A DNA stretch of 64,000 nucleotides from Protoeuglena noctilucae. Its lineage: Eukaryota. The translations under genes and the position numbers were made by a program. The notes beneath the pieces are model-generated. The model saw only the letters and a program-made list of their open reading frames with translations, was not told where the DNA came from and did no database searches. Positions 61,528-64,000 of this stretch are shown one piece after another. How positions within the stretch are numbered: the first letter of the stretch is position 1; each line of letters begins with the position of its first letter. The stretch spans positions 868,001 to 932,000 of the forward strand of contig OY253676.1 of NCBI GenBank assembly GCA_958009085.1. The letters are read 5' to 3'.

Positions 61528-63765
61528 TCACACGGGCGCCAACCGCCCCATCTCCTTGCGAATGGCCTCCACCCTCGCCGCGTCCGCCTCGTGCCGCGCC
61601 GCCAGCTCCCTCACAAGCGGGTCCAGCACGCCCTCCTCGCCCCCCACCTCCCCGGGCTCTGGCGGCGCCATGCTCTTGGACGCCGCGCCCCGCGTCCGCC
61701 CCGTGCGCGTGCGTGCCGCCATCTCGCGCACGTACTCCTGCCGCTTCTGCCGCAGAGCCTCCTCCTCCTTCCGCCGCTCCTCCAGGGGGTTGACCAGCAG
61801 CGCCGGGTTGCGCAGGCGGGGCTTGGCGTTGGCCAGCTCCCGCTGCACCTGCGCGAACTCCCGCACGCGGTCCTGCCGCGCCCGCAGCTCCCCCAGGCGC
61901 TCCTCGTCGATGTCCGGGCCCAGCTTGCCTAGCTCCTGCCAGGCGGGGCCCTGCAGCGGCTGCGGGAGGAAGAGACCCCGGGATCGGGTCACACTTCGTG
62001 CCACCGATGGCCCATGCGCACACGACACACGCGCAGTGCCCTCACCGTGGCAGCCATGTCGTACGCCTCCTTGTACTCCCGCAGGTTCTTTGGGCGATAT
62101 CGCTCGCCCCCGGCTCGGCCCCCGCTCCCCTCGTAGTCTCTCCCCTTGTCCTCGGCCCCATTCGCGGGGGGGTATCCCCCACCAGCGTACATCCCGTCGC
62201 CGTACCCGCCTATGTACTGCCCGTAGTGATCGTACCCACCGTGAGGCAGGGGCCCGACGTCCGCCACGCTCGCGGGCTCGTCCCGCCCACCCCCTGCACT
62301 GGCCGCGCGATCCCGGGCGCCCTCCGCCCGCCCCGACCTGCGGCCCTCCCCCCGTCTGTCCCCGGCGACTGCTGCGCCTCCACGGCGCCCCGCACCTTCC
62401 CCCTCGCTGTGATGCCCCGCCTGCGCGCCCGCCGCACGCCCACTGCGCCGCCCGTGCTTCGCCATGCGAGGTTCAGGAGCGGGTGCGCTGGAGGATGGCT
62501 CCGTCCTGCGTGCGGCGCAGACGATGGAGACGCGGTGAGGCTGCCTGGGATGTGAGGGGGGCTGCTGAAGCGGACACCTCCGCCTGCCCCATCAGTGTCT
62601 CACCCCAATCGTGGCGAGAAGAGCGCTGGGTCAGGGACGGGGGCGGGGTATGCCGCCTCGAAGCCGCGATGCAGGGCGTACGGCGCGCTCGGATCAACTC
62701 CTCTCACGGCCAGCGGCGCGCCAAACGAGAACGCGGGCACGGGGGCCTGCATCGGCACCAGGCTGCATGGACGGAGAGCATGTTGCCAGTTTGTCATCAT
62801 GGACGCCATGCGATGCCCTGCACCGACGTGCAGCTCACAGGCGTGTTACGTGCAACTGGAGGGGCCAGCGCTCACCCTGGCGCGGCGTATCCCCCCATCG
62901 ACACCGGTGCTCCCATCGGCCCGTATCCCATGCCAAGCAGCTGCGCGTACCCTGCTGCCGGCGCCACAGTGCCCGGATATGCGGCCGGCGCTGACGCACC
63001 GGGCATGTGCCAGCTTGGACCCATGGCCTCGCTCCCATACGCCATCGGGGCAGCCATGGGGACCTGCAGCAAACGTCTCCGTGCGCAGGGTTCGTCGGTT
63101 CTACAGACGCCTCCCTCCACGCACCAGCGATGCATGGCTGTTGGAGTGGAAAGGAGTAGCACCGCGACCCGATGAGCTCACCTGCGGGGGAGCCATCTGC
63201 CCCAGGAGCGCCTCCGCTGCTTGACTCGCCACCTGCTGCAGGGCACGGTTCACGGCGCGGACATCCGAGTGGAGGGGCACGCTCCCGGGCAGAGGTCGCG
63301 ATGCGCCGTCCTGCGAACGGCACGACTGCGAAAGTAAGAGTCCCCGGCTTCCTCAATAGCACCTGGGGCACTTGATAGGTGCCGCGGGTTCCTCACCTGT
63401 CCCGCTACAGCCTGCCCGCCCCGCGACGACGTCGGGTGCTTGTGGAGCTGGTTGAAGAGTCTCGTGAGAAGGTCCATGGCCGCGTCCCCTTCGGCGGCGA
63501 CGATGTGCGCGACCTCGTCTGCCGAGCACCGCACGCCGACCTTCTTCATTTGCTTCTGCAGCAGCGCCCAGTTGGAGTTCTTGCTGATGCTGGAGGTCCC
63601 ATTCACGTACGAGTGCATGGAGAACTCCTCGGGGAAGTATTTAGAGAGGATCTCGGCCACCAAGAAGCCGTTGCTCAAGTCGCGCTTGGGGACCTTGATG
63701 GAGTACGAGAGGTCGAGGGACAGGAGCCACTTGACCATCTCGCGCGACAGACCCAGGTTCGACAT
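61528..63765 (-). CDS. SPATA4/SPEF1-type calponin-homology protein with a C-terminal JHY-like motif (flagellar)
   Basis: GLSREMVKWLLSLDLSYSIKVPKRDLSNGFLVAEILSKYFP..NSNWALL; P/G/Y/A-rich middle; RYRPKNLREYKE..ELGKLGPDIDEE..RVREFA. Confidence 0.8.
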
Positions 63766-64000
63766 CTCTGCGCAGGATGCGAGGCCGACGTGAAGGGCGC
63801 ACGGCGCGCATCCGCATCAACCGAAACGCAGCGACGCATGCAGCAGGTCCCCTCGCCTGCACAGACTCGGGCCCGGCCCGGCAACGTGCCCTTCGCCAGA
63901 CAGAAGAATCAGCTTGCCACAGACAGCCAGGCAGGCTCGCTGCAGCGGAGGCGCGTCTAGGGTGCGACTTTGCGCGCTTCGACGAACCAACAGTCACGCG

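Noticed and set aside
1..64000. Hundreds of long overlapping Pro/Arg/Ala-rich ORFs in the six-frame track
   Set aside because: Expected from stop-codon scarcity at very high GC; most are antisense or off-frame shadows of the spliced genes.
1..64000. Introner-type repeated intron families or a non-standard genetic code
   Set aside because: Introns show no mutual similarity beyond splice signals by eye. Conserved proteins end at TGA and TAG at the expected positions, with no in-frame stops in conserved exons.

Overview
Gene-dense, very GC-rich eukaryotic nuclear DNA with many short spliceosomal introns. The intron style, TGTAA poly(A) signals, flagellar genes and nucleus-encoded organellar proteins indicate a chlorophyte green alga; a pedinophyte-like streamlined genome is only a guess. 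The raw ORF track is largely GC-rich noise, so about 26 intron-containing genes were rebuilt by hand. They are: exportin-5-like, HOP2, a NIMA/NEK kinase, mitochondrial S11, coiled-coil proteins, an Aurora-like kinase, an RCC1-repeat multi-pass surface protein, a mid-SUN protein, a GabT-like aminotransferase, YebC/TACO1, KIN17, RPL18a, WD40, plastid S13, pinin, rhodanese, a CPA2 antiporter, a LarC C-terminal domain, a CBSX protein, a SPATA4/JHY-like protein and several unknowns. Five observations stand out. (1) An intron-containing, stand-alone LarC2-like gene (nickel-pincer cofactor nickel insertase C-terminal domain) is present in an alga. (2) A 1048-bp non-LTR-like insertion with a perfect 19-bp target-site duplication sits inside a kinase exon, and the duplication itself supplies a CAG|GC donor and a CAG acceptor that could splice the insert out perfectly. 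(3) GC-AG introns are unusually frequent. (4) A likely plastid-targeted disordered protein carries repeated Trp 'sticker' motifs and is a pyrenoid-linker candidate. (5) A receptor-like protein combines extracellular RCC1 repeats, a Thr-Pro stalk, an Ig-like region and multiple TM helices. All family calls rest on motif recognition by eye, not database searches.
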